From assembly GCA_016748015.1 (NCBI GenBank), contig JAAOMT010000523.1, positions 444,565-508,564 of the forward strand: 64,000 bases of DNA, in the 5' to 3' direction. The translations under genes were made by a program, and so were the position numbers. This DNA comes from Geosiphon pyriformis uo1. Taxonomy: Eukaryota; Fungi; Glomeromycota. Each line of letters opens with the position of its first letter. Positions within the stretch are counted from its first letter, which is position 1. Below, piece after piece: positions 25,909-38,521 of the stretch. Below the pieces are notes generated by a model. The model was given only the letters and a program-made list of their open reading frames with translations, searched no databases and was not told the DNA's origin.

Positions 25909-27465
25909 ATGAATAGACTGACTGAAGAAATCTGTATTGAAATTTTCAAATGGGTTTCATACCCTGCACCATTGGCATTATCATGTAAACACTGGGCAAG
26001 AATTGCTGGAGACCCACACACTAAAGCAACTTGGCTAATTTTTCAATACGGAAAAGTTCATGCTCTTTTTCATGCAGTTAGACTTGGTCCTTCATTTATA
26101 GATTTAAACATTATTTCTTCACTCCTTTCACAAAAAGTTATTCTTTCAAGATACTTTATCCAACGCCTTTTAATGCATTTCGGAAAGTATGACGAACAAT
26201 TAATAATGTTGAAAATTGAACATAGTGTTGGTCACGCGGATGAAGATCGTATTAAAGAAATTCAAAAAAAGCTTCGTTGTCCCTGGGCCTCTGACTTGCC
26301 TCTAAATGTATTTAACCAACTTTTAGAGGAGGGCTCGAAACGTTTTGGTGGAAATCTTCCGANNNNNNNNNNNNNNNNNNNNNNNNNNNNNNNNNNNNNN
26401 NNNNNNNNNNNNNNNNNNNNNNNNNNNNNNNNNNNNNNNNNNNNNNNNNNNNNNNNNNNNNNNNNNNNNNNNNNNNNNNNNNNNNNNNNNNNNNNNNNNN
26501 NNNNNNNNNNNNNNNNNNNNNNNNNNNNNNNNNNNNNNNNNNNNNNNNNNNNNNNNNNNNNNNNNNNNNNNNNNNNNNNNNNNNNNNNNNNNNNNNNNNN
26601 NNNNNNNNNNNNNNNNNNNNNNNNNNNNNNNNNNNNNNNNNNNNNNNNNNNNNNNNNNNNNNNNNNNNNNNNNNNNNNNNNNNNNNNNNNNNNNNNNNNN
26701 NNNNNNNNNNNNNNNNNNNNNNNNNNNNNNNNNNNNNNNNNNNNNNNNNNNNNNNNNNNNNNNNNNNNNNNNNNNNNNNNNNNNNNNNNNNNNNNNNNNN
26801 NNNNNNNNNNNNNNNNNNNNNNNNNNNNNNNNNNNNNNNNNNNNNNNNNNNNNNNNNNNNNNNNNNNNNNNNNNNNNNNNNNNNNNNNNNNNNNNNNNNN
26901 NNNNNNNNNNNNNNNNNNNNNNNNNNNNNNNNNNNNNNNNNNNNNNNNNNNNNNNNNNNNNNNNNNNNNNNNNNNNNNNNNNNNNNNNNNNNNNNNNNNN
27001 NNNNNNNNNNNNNNNNNNNNNNNNNNTAGTCAAATCTTGCAACAAAGCCGAGAAATTCCAGATATTTTTCAAATCTCGAGGACTGGGTGTGTTTTAGGAC
27101 TTTATGAGAAGTATTCAAAAAATGTACCATTCAATGAAACGCACCTTCCGTTGCTGGCAGCTGCAAAGCAAGAAGATTTACTTGACCCATTCTTCGAGAA
27201 ATATTTACCTACCATTTTCCCTCAACAAACTGAAGAGAATATCGTACAAAAACATCAAAAAAAGCGCAGAAATTTTTCTAAAACAGGGAGAAAGGAAGAT
27301 GAAGACCAAAAAGTAAAATGGAAAAACACATTACTTAAATTTCGTGATAACGACCCAATCAAAGATGAGGATGGGAATATCTACTCGTTTGGAAAACCGA
27401 CACACTTATTTCTAGCAAAATTAGAAACGTTCTTAAGCGGCCTTTCCGGTCTCCACTCCATGTAG
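25909..27465 (+). CDS. F-box-like uncharacterised protein, tandem copy 3 (middle in N-gap)
   Basis: Intact 5' 151 codons and intact C-terminal segment ending GLSGLHSM-TAG. Near-identical to copy 1 after about codon 33. Confidence 0.8.
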   Translation: MNRLTEEICIEIFKWVSYPAPLALSCKHWARIAGDPHTKATWLIFQYGKVHALFHAVRLGPSFIDLNIISSLLSQKVILSRYFIQRLLMHFGKYDEQLIMLKIEHSVGHADEDRIKEIQKKLRCPWASDLPLNVFNQLLEEGSKRFGGNLPXXXXXXXXXXXXXXXXXXXXXXXXXXXXXXXXXXXXXXXXXXXXXXXXXXXXXXXXXXXXXXXXXXXXXXXXXXXXXXXXXXXXXXXXXXXXXXXXXXXXXXXXXXXXXXXXXXXXXXXXXXXXXXXXXXXXXXXXXXXXXXXXXXXXXXXXXXXXXXXXXXXXXXXXXXXXXXXXXXXXXXXXXXXXXXXXXXXXXXXXXXXXXXXXXXXXXXXXXXXXXXSQILQQSREIPDIFQISRTGCVLGLYEKYSKNVPFNETHLPLLAAAKQEDLLDPFFEKYLPTIFPQQTEENIVQKHQKKRRNFSKTGRKEDEDQKVKWKNTLLKFRDNDPIKDEDGNIYSFGKPTHLFLAKLETFLSGLSGLHSM

Positions 27466-30406
27466 AAAACATGAAAGCCGAGACCGGAAGTGTAAAAGGC
27501 CGCGGCAGGTTTTATTTACCAAGTTTGTTATTCTAGAATTTACAATGAATAATCCCCACACGATGAATTTGTAAACATTCCGTTAAATAAGATTCTTTAA
27601 GCTCTATCCCTTTTCCATTCCTTATATCCATTATTATATTACTATTTCATTTGTATTATCATTAAATATATGACCAAAATTCTTTCCCTACATGGCTTGT
27701 GAAATTTTAATTTGCGATGTCCTTGTTTGATAGATCTTTGAAAATCTTTAACCTTAATATAAAGCTATAAGCTCAATTTTGTCTAGATCTCTTATTGTGC
27801 TTGGGAACTTTTTCAAAGGCGTTCGTTGAAATCACTGTTACATCAAAATTACCCCACATCTTTTTTATTAATGGCGTTCGAGCCATGTAAATGGACCCTG
27901 ATCGTCAAAAGTTCTGAAAATGCACGGTTTTTTATAGAGACGTACTTGAAATTGATTCCAATTTCTCGGTGAATCTTTAACACACGAGATTAACCCTTTT
28001 TTTTTACCCTTCTATGAGACTAACAGGCATCCTATAGCATGACAGCAGCTAATCATTTTGAAAAAAAAAACTCATTGATTGGTGATAATTTTCAAAAATG
28101 AATATCAACGGTAACAGTAGAGATTTGCGGTAAAATATTCCCCAGAATTGAAAAGAAGTTCTGACCAATCGCAAAACTGGAAGGGAAAATCTTGCGCTGA
28201 CAAAGTGCATCTCGAAATGTTGTAGTTTTTCACAAAGATTGATTAATTTGGAATTTTGAATAAAAGAGTTCCAAACTTTTTACATGTGTTAATGTCACTC
28301 TTATCAAATTTAATACGGGAAGCGAGACAAACGGAATGCTAAAGTGAGAGATCTGCTTTGCGATTGAAACAGAAACCAATCAATAAATATACAATAAGAT
28401 ATTATTTTTACAACACCGAAGCTTTCTTATTTCCCATAAAGATCCTTTCAAAACAAGTTTAATCGAGATTTAGGAGCTTATAGATGGCGTAAAAAGTTTC
28501 AAATCTAAAATGATTTGATTATACCCAAGTACATCGGCAAAAGAGCTTGAATTAAATGAGTGGGGGGGGGGGGTACAAGGTTTAATCTCAAATGTCTTGA
28601 CATTTTTGTTTTTATTTTCGAGGGATAATCCCTTCTTCCTGGGTAAGCACTATAAAAATTTGTATTTACATGTTAATATTTAGGTTTGAATTCAAAAGTC
28701 TTTTTATTAAATTATGTAAATAAAATCTTTGATTTTGGTTAAAGATTTAAAATGTGGAGAAGTAAAGCTGGGGAAAAGTTTGGAGATCCTCGGAACAGGT
28801 TTTGGTTTCTATACATAAAAAATTAATTTTTGACATTTTTTTTTGATTAAAATAAATTCATTTTTTATTTTTCTTTTGAGATAATAAAAAAAGCAACTTT
28901 CCATAAAAAGACGAATTTACAGAACAGTGTTTGACTAGTTTTTTATCGATATATATTTTTAAATCAGCGATCTTGCGGATTTTTTCTTCTTAGAGGGAGT
29001 GAATTTTCTTGGTTTGTCACAATATTAAAAAGAAATTTTTTGAAATCAGAAACGATTTTTTCTTTATTGAGAAATTAGGTTCAACGATAAGAACAATGAT
29101 CTGGCAAAAAAAAAAAAAAAAAAAAAATCATGGCTTATCTGTTTCCAAAATGCCTGCTTCTTTTTTACCGAGTATCTTTAATTTCATCTTTCACAAAAGA
29201 ACAAATATTTTGATTTTCAAACTACAAATGTCAAGATATTGAAACACTTTTTTCAGCTGCATTCTGTTGACAATATGATCTACACATTTTATTGTTTTAG
29301 ATAAAACTTTTTTGAGCTGTTTTTATTCTGTTCATCACAATTATCACATGTTTTAAAAAAAAAATTTTTGTTCTTGTTTTGGTTTATCTTTGCATGTCAA
29401 AAAAATAATACACCTTACTTGCAGAATATGACAAGTATACACTTGAAATTCAATCATAATTTTCATATTAACCGTAGGGATATTAAAATTATTTTTTTCT
29501 GACCTGATATAATTCTGGTCCATCAGTTTTCTTTGTTTTTTTTGGCCAACTAAATCTGTGGTTTTATTATTATGGTTTTTTTTACACTTTTTTAATAGAT
29601 CTTCAAGGTATTAAGATTTCATCTTTAATTAGCCACAACATCTAACTGCTTGTGTTTCTCCTCAAAGTTTGAGCTATGTTTAGATTGTAAGAATATTTTT
29701 CTTAGTATGTCGTAATGTACGGCTAATGTACATTTTAAAAATTTATTGCTTTTCTATCAACTTCGGTTCACTGGGAATTTTCATTATCTTTCTATATAAA
29801 TGCCAATTTAAGTAATTTCATAGTTGAGAAATTTTTTAATTCCTGTTAGAACAAACTTTTCTCTCTTTTTAATATTATAAAATGTCTCTTTTAAACAATA
29901 TTATGTTATTGATCAGGTGGAGTGTATCTCGATTGAATAATTTTTAAGGAATAACCCTAATCAATGATAGTGGATTTAGTATCTTTTGCGAGAAGAAACG
30001 ACAGCACGAAATTGAGTCTTCCCAAACAAACAGAATGTCGTACTTGTACAGCAAAATTCACTTTATCTAATTTTGTTCCAAAGTATATTAAAAATAAAAT
30101 GAAATGTTAAAAAATTACGCAATTGTTATTATTAAAAAGAAAAATTATTTAAAGTTTAAAAGCTAAAAGAAAATAAACTTAATTTTGTGTTCATATTAAA
30201 GAACTCTGTTTAATTTTCAATGATACAGCTATAGTTATGTTTATCATAGTACTTAAATTCTCAATATATTAATATTCATGTAATTCTTAAATACATTTGA
30301 TTTTAACAAATGACTAATATTTGAAGTATTGGATAAAAGTCTTTTTAAATGCTATTAATCATTCTCTCATCCATCGCGGTTGATGATCTTAATAACTTGT
30401 GGTACT

Positions 30407-30459
30407 ATGATATGATGATGATATGATGATATGATGATATGATGATATGATGATGATGA
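30407..30459. repeat. (TGATATGA)n/(TGA)n simple repeat
   Basis: Direct 8-mer repeat. Confidence 0.85.
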
Positions 30460-31443
30460 AAATATTTGATTCCGAGTATATTTAAATACAAAAATAGTTT
30501 TCAAGTGGCAATGATGAAAGGTATAGTTGTATCAATTAGGTCTTTCTGAAGATAATCATTGAATTTTTGTGTGATTTAATTTTTCAATATTAAAAGGTAA
30601 ATTTCATATTAAAATCTTTGACTTTTCGTATTTATTTTTATTATTTTTATTATTTTTATTTTTATTATTCAAAAATCACTATTTCCTTCTAAATTTGCTT
30701 TAAACCTATCCTTTATTCCCAGTATCAATGAAATTTAAGCCTTTTATAGAAACTGATATTAAAAAATTCAATTCAAAGCTCAAAAAACTCAAGTTATCCT
30801 GAAATCTCAAAAGTTCCCAAAAGATGTTTTACAGATAATCAAGAAAAAAGATTTTGGAATTTTTGCGTTCCATGTCAAAATAATATATCCAAAACTTTTT
30901 TTTGGATATTACACACACACCCTCTAGTCGTCACAAAAATTTCTATTTTTGTGGGATTTTTCCTCGAGTGACTTTGACAACATTAAGTGAGGAAAAACTC
31001 ATAAAAAGTTTTCACACGAAAAACTTTCAAAATTCTGAAACTTCTCTCTCAATATTTGGTTTCAGGTAAGTAGTAAAACTCATTATTCCCTTATTTCAAG
31101 GGTTATTAATATCCAAACATGATCAAATTTATCATCGATTTTTCATATTGTATTCCTAATATTATCACCGTTCTTTTCACGCTAAAATTATCATTCAATC
31201 TGAAAGAAAAATTGATGTCAGCTCTAAATTTTTAAAATCTAAATGTTGATGGATGGGGAAAATTTCTCTATATAGTAAAAAATGGTAAATATAATTAATA
31301 TAATCAGAGATCAATGAATTCTCGCAAGCTTCAAAAGTCCATCATTTTTTCTTTCTTTCCATATTTTCCATCTCTCTCTCTCTCTCTTTGTCTCTTTCTA
31401 TATTTTCTTATATTTAATTTTTAAAAAGAGATAACGAGAAAAA

Positions 31444-33108
31444 ATGAGATTCAACAGAAACTTTGAACACCGAAGAGATGATCGTGGCACTATTACCATT
31501 GCCGTGACCTCAACGGATCGTTGGTTGGGTTACGTGTTGGCATGGTCTTTTCTTCAATTACAAAAGAATCCTCAACAAAAGAACAATAACTTTAAAATTC
31601 GCGCAATCGCCCGTACTAGAAATCATGAAACTGATGATCTAAATAAGGAAGGCGCTGAAGTGACGACTGTTGATTATGGCCGTCGTGAGACTCTAGAGAC
31701 AGCATTGGGCGGATGCCAATGGTTGTTATTCGTTCCTGAGTCGGACCGTGACCGCTTAGGAATGGCACGGACTCTCGCTGATGTAAGTGTTAATCATAAA
31801 TAGATACTTTGGTAAAAATGTCAAGCAAATTTTACTACTAGTAAAGAGCGTGATATGAAAAAGGTTTTTATTTGAGATGGCTTTTGGCTTTCAAATTCTT
31901 TATTTCCTAATAATAGGCAGCGAAAAAAGTTGGTGTACCGAACATTATCACTGTTTCGGCGTTGGGCGCTGGTGATTCGCGAGAACAATCTTTTAAAGAT
32001 CTCAGAGATATTGAAAAAGCCATTGAAGGTTCCGCGAATAATTGGGTGACTATACGGTAAGTTAAATTTTCTATGATTTTATATGAGTGAAATTTAAAGT
32101 TAATTTTAATATTCTATGCACTTCAGAAAATCACTTTTACAACAACGATTTTTCCATTTTGAGCAACGAATCAAGAAAAATTCAACATTGCCCCTTTCAG
32201 TTCGAGAGGATAGTCGTTTTGCCCCCCTTCATCTTGACGACCTGGTCACAGTTTTGGAACGTTTAACGCGGGCGAATGAGGGATTGGGAGAAGACTTGGA
32301 TCCTAAGCACCGTCATAAAATTTATACATTATCTGGAGTTGAATTGGTTACAGGTCCACTCATCGCTAACATTATTAATGAAGCAATTGATCATCCTGGT
32401 GCCGTAGAGTTCACGGAAGTTACACGAAAGCAACTTGAAAATTATCTCGAGGATGGTGGTGATGGTGGTGATGGCGGTGATGGCGGTGACGGCGGTGATG
32501 GTGATGATGATGATGATGATGATGGTGGTGATCATAAGAAGCCCAAAAATCCAAAAATTTTCCAAGGAAAAAGAATACACTTAAAATATCCCAAACCCAG
32601 AGGAATTAATCATTTTGAGATTCAGACAATGTGAGAAACTTTGATTTGAAAACAATCTCCAAATTTTTTCTAATCTATTTTTTCTTTTGAAACAGTTTGG
32701 ACTTCTTTGAATATGTTAAAAGCGGAAAAGCTAGTTATCTTTCGGGTGATGTAAAAGGAATCACTGGAGGTAATTGAAAAAAGCATCTTATTACTTAAAA
32801 GGAACCAATAAGTTTGTAAGATGCTTGATTGCAATGTAAACAATGAAAATAAACTCTCTTTTCACAATTACAGCGGATCCTGAACCATTGATCAATTTCT
32901 TCAAGGTAAAATTGTTATTGAACTTTCCATTTTGAAATCCTGAAATTTTAGCTTCCGATACTGATTGAATCACTACATTTTTCTATCTTAGGAATTTCCC
33001 GAATCATTCACTCCTCGTGAAAGAAAATCTCGCTCCTACCGATTCGAAGGGAACTATAACGATCAGCAAAAACGTTCACGTAGAAGAATCCACCGTAGCA
33101 GACTCTAG
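31444..33108 (+). CDS. NmrA-like / atypical SDR Rossmann-fold protein, 6 exons, 401 aa
   Basis: Exons 31444-31782, 31917-32056, 32127-32630, 32696-32769, 32874-32905 and 32992-33108. All introns are GT-AG, phases are consistent, total 1206 nt. Motifs IRAIAR, GAEVTTVDY..TLETALGG, DAAKKVGV.NIITVSALGA, WVTIR, FAPLHLDDL, IYTLSG.E..TG..IA and DVKGITG.DPEPL..FF are typical of the NmrA-like family. Confidence 0.88.
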
Positions 33109-33699
33109 ATATTTGCACAATCCTAAAACAAATGATATTATACCCAGAAAATTTAAAGGTTATAGGATATAGGATGTGTGAATATTGAAATCTCAAATTT
33201 AAAATACCATCTGTGTTTGATTTTAAAAAATGACGATTTCAACCTTGCTAAATCGTTAAATAAATTTTCTCATTTTATTACTTTGTGGAATTATTATGTT
33301 TTGAAAAGGATTTAAATATGGCTCAACCAAAAGTTTTAACGCTTTATTCACATTCTAACAAAATGAATTGCACAAGGATCTTAATTTTGAGATATTATAA
33401 AATAAATAGCAGTTATATTTCTTATTTCTGGTTCAGATCTTTTCTATTACGATTTATTAAAAATATTTTTATATTTTTAAACCCGATTTGGCTCAATGTA
33501 TTAATTTGATTTTTTATTCTATTAAAATTTTTGATCTTAAGTAGATATTTATTTTTTCGAACTCTGAATTTTTTTTAATAAGAAAAAATTTAATTATTTT
33601 AATTTATAACTAAAGTTATTGCAATATAAATAATCGATAAAAATACTTTGATTTGATTAGATTTTTTTTGCAAAGACACAATGTGTGATCCAACCATAT

Positions 33700-36530
33700 T
33701 TTATCTATTTACATAAAAGATACACGTTCTATTTTAAAATAAAATTTAAATTATTACAAATTTTATTCTTAATCTTTATTTTATTAATTAATTTTAAATA
33801 CAAATAAAGTTTGTTGAAAAATAAACATATATTTTTAATAAGTAAAAAAAAAATTAAAAAAAATTAATATTTTTTTTATGTATTGATAAAAAATATATAT
33901 TATTTAATATAAAATTAATAGTTTTTTAAACTGTTTATATAACAAAGTAAATTAAAAAAAAACTTTAGCATTTATGTATAATTTTACAGTAAAAGTGTTT
34001 AAGTTTTTAAAATTTACCTTAAAATTTTACATAAATCTTAAAATCTTTTCTTTTTTAATTTTTATGATTACAACCAAAACAAAAAGTAAATTAAAAGCAA
34101 CTACTACTTCTTTTATAGTATCTAAAAAACTTTTAAAAGCTTATTTAGTTATAAAAACAGTCTATAGTTAGTTTTTTATTGGCAAAAAATTTATTTTGAG
34201 TCAAAAATTTTTCAAAAAGCCACATTAAAATTAATCTTAATATATTAATATTAATGTTTATAACAACAAAACTAATATTAAAATCATTATTATTTTTTTA
34301 AGTTATTTTTATTATTATTTTTTAAATAATTTCATGTTACAAAAAATATTTATATATTGCTGTTTAATAATTTGGTTTTGGTTTTTTTTAATTGTAAATA
34401 ATTTTTTTTAGTTTTAAATAATAATAACAACATATTTGCTAAATAATATTGTATTATTTAAAAAAACAGTTTTGGTTAATTATTACCAATTTTAAAAGCA
34501 AAACAAATTATGTTTTAACATATATTTTTATTTTTTTATTTTTTTATTATTATTATTTAACCAAAAAAATTAAACTAAGATAAAAATAAAATTGATTTTT
34601 TTTATTATTTTTATTAATATTATTAATAATTAATAAGTTGGTTATTAACTATTTGAAATTTTTAAATTAAGTAGTTTTTATTATTTTTTAATATTATATT
34701 TAAAATTAAATTAGATTTTGTCAAATCTTTATTTTAAGTAATATTTAATTTTATTAAATTTAAAAGAATTTTTAAAAATAATGTTAAGTTATTTTATATA
34801 AACTTTATTTTTTTAATTTATTATTAATATTAATATTAATATTATTTTTTTAATTTATTATTAATATTAATATTAATATTATTTTTTTAATTTTTAAAAT
34901 ATTTAATATAACTTTTATTTTAAATTTAAATTTATTGATTTATAATAATATATTATTAAAAATATTAATAATTTATTAAAATTTATATTTAGTTTTTAAA
35001 AATTTAATAAAATTTTAACCAAAAAATAATAATAAAACTTAAATAATGTATTAAAAATATAAACATTTTAATTTAAAATTAATTACAAAAAATAAAAACT
35101 CTTTTTTTATTTTATTTTTTATAATTATAATTAAAGCCAAAAATAAAATAATTGTAAATATTATAATATTTAAAGTTATTAATAGTATTTTTATCAAAAA
35201 TACATTTATAATTATAAATATTATTAAAATAAACCAGATTTTTAATTGATTTTAAAACATTATTTTTGCTTTTAAATAAAATTTTTTTTTAAAGTTTTTT
35301 TAAATCAATATATTAAGAATAATTTTAATATAATTATTATTATTTTAAAATTTTTAACTATAATTTAATAGTCAAGCTATTATTATTTTTAAAACATTAA
35401 AACACTTTTTTTTCTGATATTTTAGTTATTATAAAATCAATTTTTTTTATGCAAAATAAAACTTTGATTTTTTTTAGCTTTTTTATTAATTTTGTAATAA
35501 TATTATTATAAATAATAATAATAAAAACTTATTTACCAAATATATATTAATTTTGTTTTATTTTGTTTTTTAATATATTAATTTTTAATTAATTTTTACT
35601 GGTTTTAAAAACAAAAAAATATATATTTTTACATATAATTTTAAATAACAACTTATTAAATTACTAAATTTTAAAATTAGACTAATTAAATAAAAACTAA
35701 AACTTTTTTGTTTTTTAAAGATATTATTTTTAATAAAAATAAAAAATAATTATTAATTAATAAAATTATTTTAAATAAATAATTTCTATTTTAGTGTTTA
35801 ATAAAACTATAAAAATCAAAATAACTTATATTAAAACTGATTATTATAAATAATTTATTTAAAAAAAACATTATAATTTTTGGTATTTGATTATAAAATA
35901 TTGATTTTTAAAGATTTTTGGATTTTTAAAAGTTTTTATAATATTTAAAAATTTTTAATAATTTCTTTTAAGAAATTTATTTATTAAGTTTTTTTTATAA
36001 AAAACAAACATATTAAATCTTTTTATATTTATAATAGTGTTATTTTTTGTTGTTTTTTAATAATATAATGTAAATTGTTTTTAACTATAATTAGTTTAAT
36101 TTGGATTATTTAATTATAATTAATAAAATTTGGTATTATTATTTTGTTTTTCTAATAAACTAATAATTTTTAATAAAATAATTTTAAGATATGCTTTTTT
36201 TATTAAATTATTATAAATTAAATTATTAATATATTGTTTATATTTTTTGAAGTATTTTTAAACCAATTACAAATTTTTTTTAATTAAAAATAATTAATTT
36301 AAGTTGTAAAAATTCTAAAAATATTATATTAATTATATTTAATAATAAATAAATAAATTTTAATAAAAAAAATTGGAAATTTAATTTATATATTTGTAAA
36401 TTTTAATAATATTTTATTAGATTAAAAAAATAAATATATAATTAAATTATAAAATGTTTTTTTTTATACTAAAACTATTTATATATATATTTTTTCTGTT
36501 TTTTTAAAAGTTTATTATTTTTATTTTTTA
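33700..36530. mobile_element. Extremely AT-eroded repeat relic, partly homologous to about 52996-53890 (possibly gypsy pol on the minus strand)
   Basis: 35840-35950 (tattataaataatttatttaaaaaaaacattataattttttggt...tttttataatatttaa) aligns by eye with 53785-53892. Almost no C or G remains; family assignment is weak. Confidence 0.45.
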
Positions 36531-36536
36531 TATTAT

Positions 36537-36655
36537 TTAATAAATAAGATCTAATTACTATTTAATATTATATATTAAATTAAACTAAATATAAATTATA
36601 TACTTTTTATATGTAACCAGTTATTTGAGTCAGTTAAAACAATACTATATTAAAA
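36537..36655 (-). mobile_element. 5'-truncated LINE fragment (3' UTR only) of the same family as the two large LINEs
   Basis: Reverse complement atatagtattgttttaactgactcaaataactggttacat matches the 3' UTRs at 44760-44800 (+) and about 54000-54040 (-). Followed by a 56-bp tandem duplication (about 36667-36787). Confidence 0.6.
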
Positions 36656-37560
36656 TAAAAAGATTTAAAAATAAATTTAGCCTATTAATTCTTTTAATAA
36701 TATTATTTAAGTTTTTAAAATCAAAAATAAATTTAGCTTATTAATTTTTTTAATAATATTATTTAAGTTTTTAAAATCAAAAATAAACTTACTAAGAAAC
36801 AATTCAATTGATTTAATACTATTTCTAATATTAAAACTTAATATATATTACAAAGCTATAATACAGTTAATAGTATTTTTACTTAAAAAAAAGTTTAATA
36901 ATTAGTATTCTATTATAATTTATTTTATTAAAATTAATTTTAGGTTTAAAATAAACTATGTTTTTAGAAATACACTTCATAAAAAGCAAATTTTTTTTAT
37001 TAAAGAGGTTTATTAATATTATTATTTAGAAAACTAATAATTAAAATAATTCAAAATTAATAAGTTTAATGAAAAATTTTATTAAAACAACCAAGAATTT
37101 TTTTTTTGTTAATCTTCTGATCATAGTAAGAGCTAAAAATTTGCCAAGAATATAGCTTTTCTTTCTTCTTTTACACTTTGTTTTCATTAGCTATTTTTTC
37201 TAAAACTGGTGGGCATATTTGTTAATAGTTCTGATTCTGGTTTAATTGGTTTAAAGACCTGTTTGAGTGCCAAAAAAAAACATGTGGACAATATTTACTT
37301 CTATAGTGTGTTTTATAAGAAACCAAAAAAGCCTGTAGCCAGTAGTGTAATTGACTTATTAGTTGGTTTTTTAAGCTTAAAAAATGTTGGTGGCACCAGT
37401 ATTAAATTTATGGTATTCTGGAGCAATAATATTGACAATATTGCAAGTAGTATTAATAGTCTATTAGACATCAAAAATATGAAAAATACTGTTGCTAAAG
37501 AAATGAGCTACATAAATTTGAATACTTTGGCAAATAACAAAAATATAGATAAAACCACAC

Positions 37561-38521
37561 TATTACTCATAGAAAAGAATACAAGAGAAATAGTAGAAAA
37601 AAACAGATAAAAAAAATAGACCAATAAAAAAATAGTATTGAGCATGTAAATATATTACTGGTAAATTATGGCATATTGCTTAGCAATGTGAGCAATATTA
37701 GTAAATTAGTACATATTGTTTAACAATATGAACAATGTTAGTAGATTAAAGCACATTACTTAGCAATATAAGCATTGCTCAAGAAATTATACCATATTGC
37801 TTATAAATGTGTGAAATTTTGTAAAACATTAATTATATATATATAATAAGAGTATTAAAAGCAGAAAAGACAGAACATATAATTAGAATTTTTGGTTAAA
37901 AAACACAGTTAAAAGCAGTTCAAAATCTATATCACATATTAATAAATTATTAATTACTACTTGAATTCATATTATTATTGTTTGATAAAAGAATATTAAA
38001 ATTATTTTTACTCTATCAACACTTTATGTTAATAAAATTCAACACTTAACCATATTGAAACAATAGCTCTTGATTATGGCTATTAACAGGATACTAATTT
38101 CTTCTTTTATTTTATTTTCTTCTTTATTTCTTTTTTTTCTTTTATTTTGTTTTATGAATATACTAACTAATTAAAGGAATTAAAGTGCAAAATACTAACA
38201 TTAGAGAAAAAACTGATAAAAAACCCAGAAATAAGGATAAACACTCAGAATTCAGGGATAGCTTACCAGAAAACTGGCCATTAAGCTGAGAAAAAAATTG
38301 ATGAAATAAGATATTCCAAGAAACTATGGACAACAACACATACCAACTCAAAGATTGGAAAAGAAACTAAAACTATCACAACAGAATATTAACATTGAAT
38401 TTTTGTTTATTATACAAAGAACTTAACCAAAATTTTCAGATATTACCAACCATATCACTTATTAAGTATCAAGTTATGAGTTTGTTATTTGTATCAACAT
38501 CCTAAATAATTATCTATAACA
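37561..38521 (+). mobile_element. Solo LTR (961 bp) inserted in ORF1 of LINE 1
   Basis: Starts tattactcatagaa (eroded TGTTACTCATAGAA) and ends tctataaca. Shares the hairpin block, T-tract and gatagcttacc/tatacaaagaac blocks with the other LTRs. Flanks ACAC and ATGC are compatible with an ACGC TSD. Confidence 0.88.

Noticed and set aside
19172-27130. Long ORFs spanning the N-gaps on both strands
   Set aside because: Artefacts of translating N runs as X; only the frames matching the triplicated gene are real.
27500-31000. Hidden gene between the triplet and the NmrA-like gene (CCAAT words near 28077, 28165 and 28376)
   Set aside because: No coherent exon chain or domain found on either strand by eye.
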